A stretch of 64,000 bases of DNA, from the NCBI GenBank assembly GCA_963843115.1, contig CAWJJB010000007.1, forward strand, positions 26,128 through 90,127, written 5' to 3'. Positions 63,961 to 64,000 of this stretch are shown one piece after another. The number at the start of each line of letters is the position of its first letter. The stretch's first letter is position 1. The stretch is from an uncultured Gemmatimonadales bacterium. GTDB lineage: Bacteria; Gemmatimonadota; Gemmatimonadetes; Gemmatimonadales; GWC2-71-9. Under the pieces are notes generated by a model. The model worked only from the letters and a program-made list of their open reading frames with translations. It was not told the DNA's origin and did not search any database. A program made the translations under genes and the position numbers.

Positions 63961-64000
63961 CGCTTCGGGTTCATGATGATCTCGTGTTGTCGGGAGCGGT

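Overview
This is a high-GC (about 68-70%) bacterial chromosomal window that is densely coding on both strands. It has no rRNA, tRNA, CRISPR array, transposase or integrase that I can recognise. The base composition and gene content suggest a Gemmatimonadota-like or similar soil bacterium, but that is inference only.

The main content, from left to right:
- 1-9.2 kb: a leaderless-looking, translationally coupled cytoplasmic carbohydrate cluster (GHMP sugar kinase, heparinase II/III-like protein with a CBM9/DOMON-like tail, class-III aminotransferase, two amidohydrolase-2 TIM-barrel proteins, GH38 alpha-mannosidase).
- 9-28 kb: a mixed housekeeping/accessory stretch (FAD-linked BBE-like oxidase, HPF-like protein, PGPGW membrane protein, MBL-fold hydrolase, dodecin, MocR regulator, alpha/beta hydrolases, a double retropepsin-PDZ protease, SYLF-domain protein, DinB, an ECF sigma factor coupled to a Ser/Thr kinase).
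- 28.4-33.2 kb: a minus-strand nfeD-flotillin-TldD(Tat)-PmbA operon bracketed by two inverted octamer-repeat arrays that each start at a stop codon.
- 34.3-36.3 kb: mscS and corA.
- 36.3-52.5 kb: a complete alpha-glucan/trehalose super-locus. On the minus strand glgX-glgB-treZ-treY-treS/mak are chained by 4-nt start/stop overlaps. Divergently on the plus strand sit a GT-A (GpgS/MpgS-like) glycosyltransferase, a TM-helix membrane protein and glgE.
- 53-59.7 kb: a TetR-controlled RND efflux operon (periplasmic adaptor, RND permease, outer-membrane factor) with a clear palindromic operator.
- 59.7-64 kb: a lipoprotein with InlB-B-type repeats, a DUF481 beta-barrel, an amidohydrolase and a GNAT.

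Three single-nucleotide frameshifts interrupt carbohydrate genes (the GHMP kinase, glgB, treZ). For glgB and treZ the displaced downstream part is recovered perfectly in an alternate frame.

The many long ORFs antisense to well-supported genes are GC-bias artefacts and are listed as rejected.
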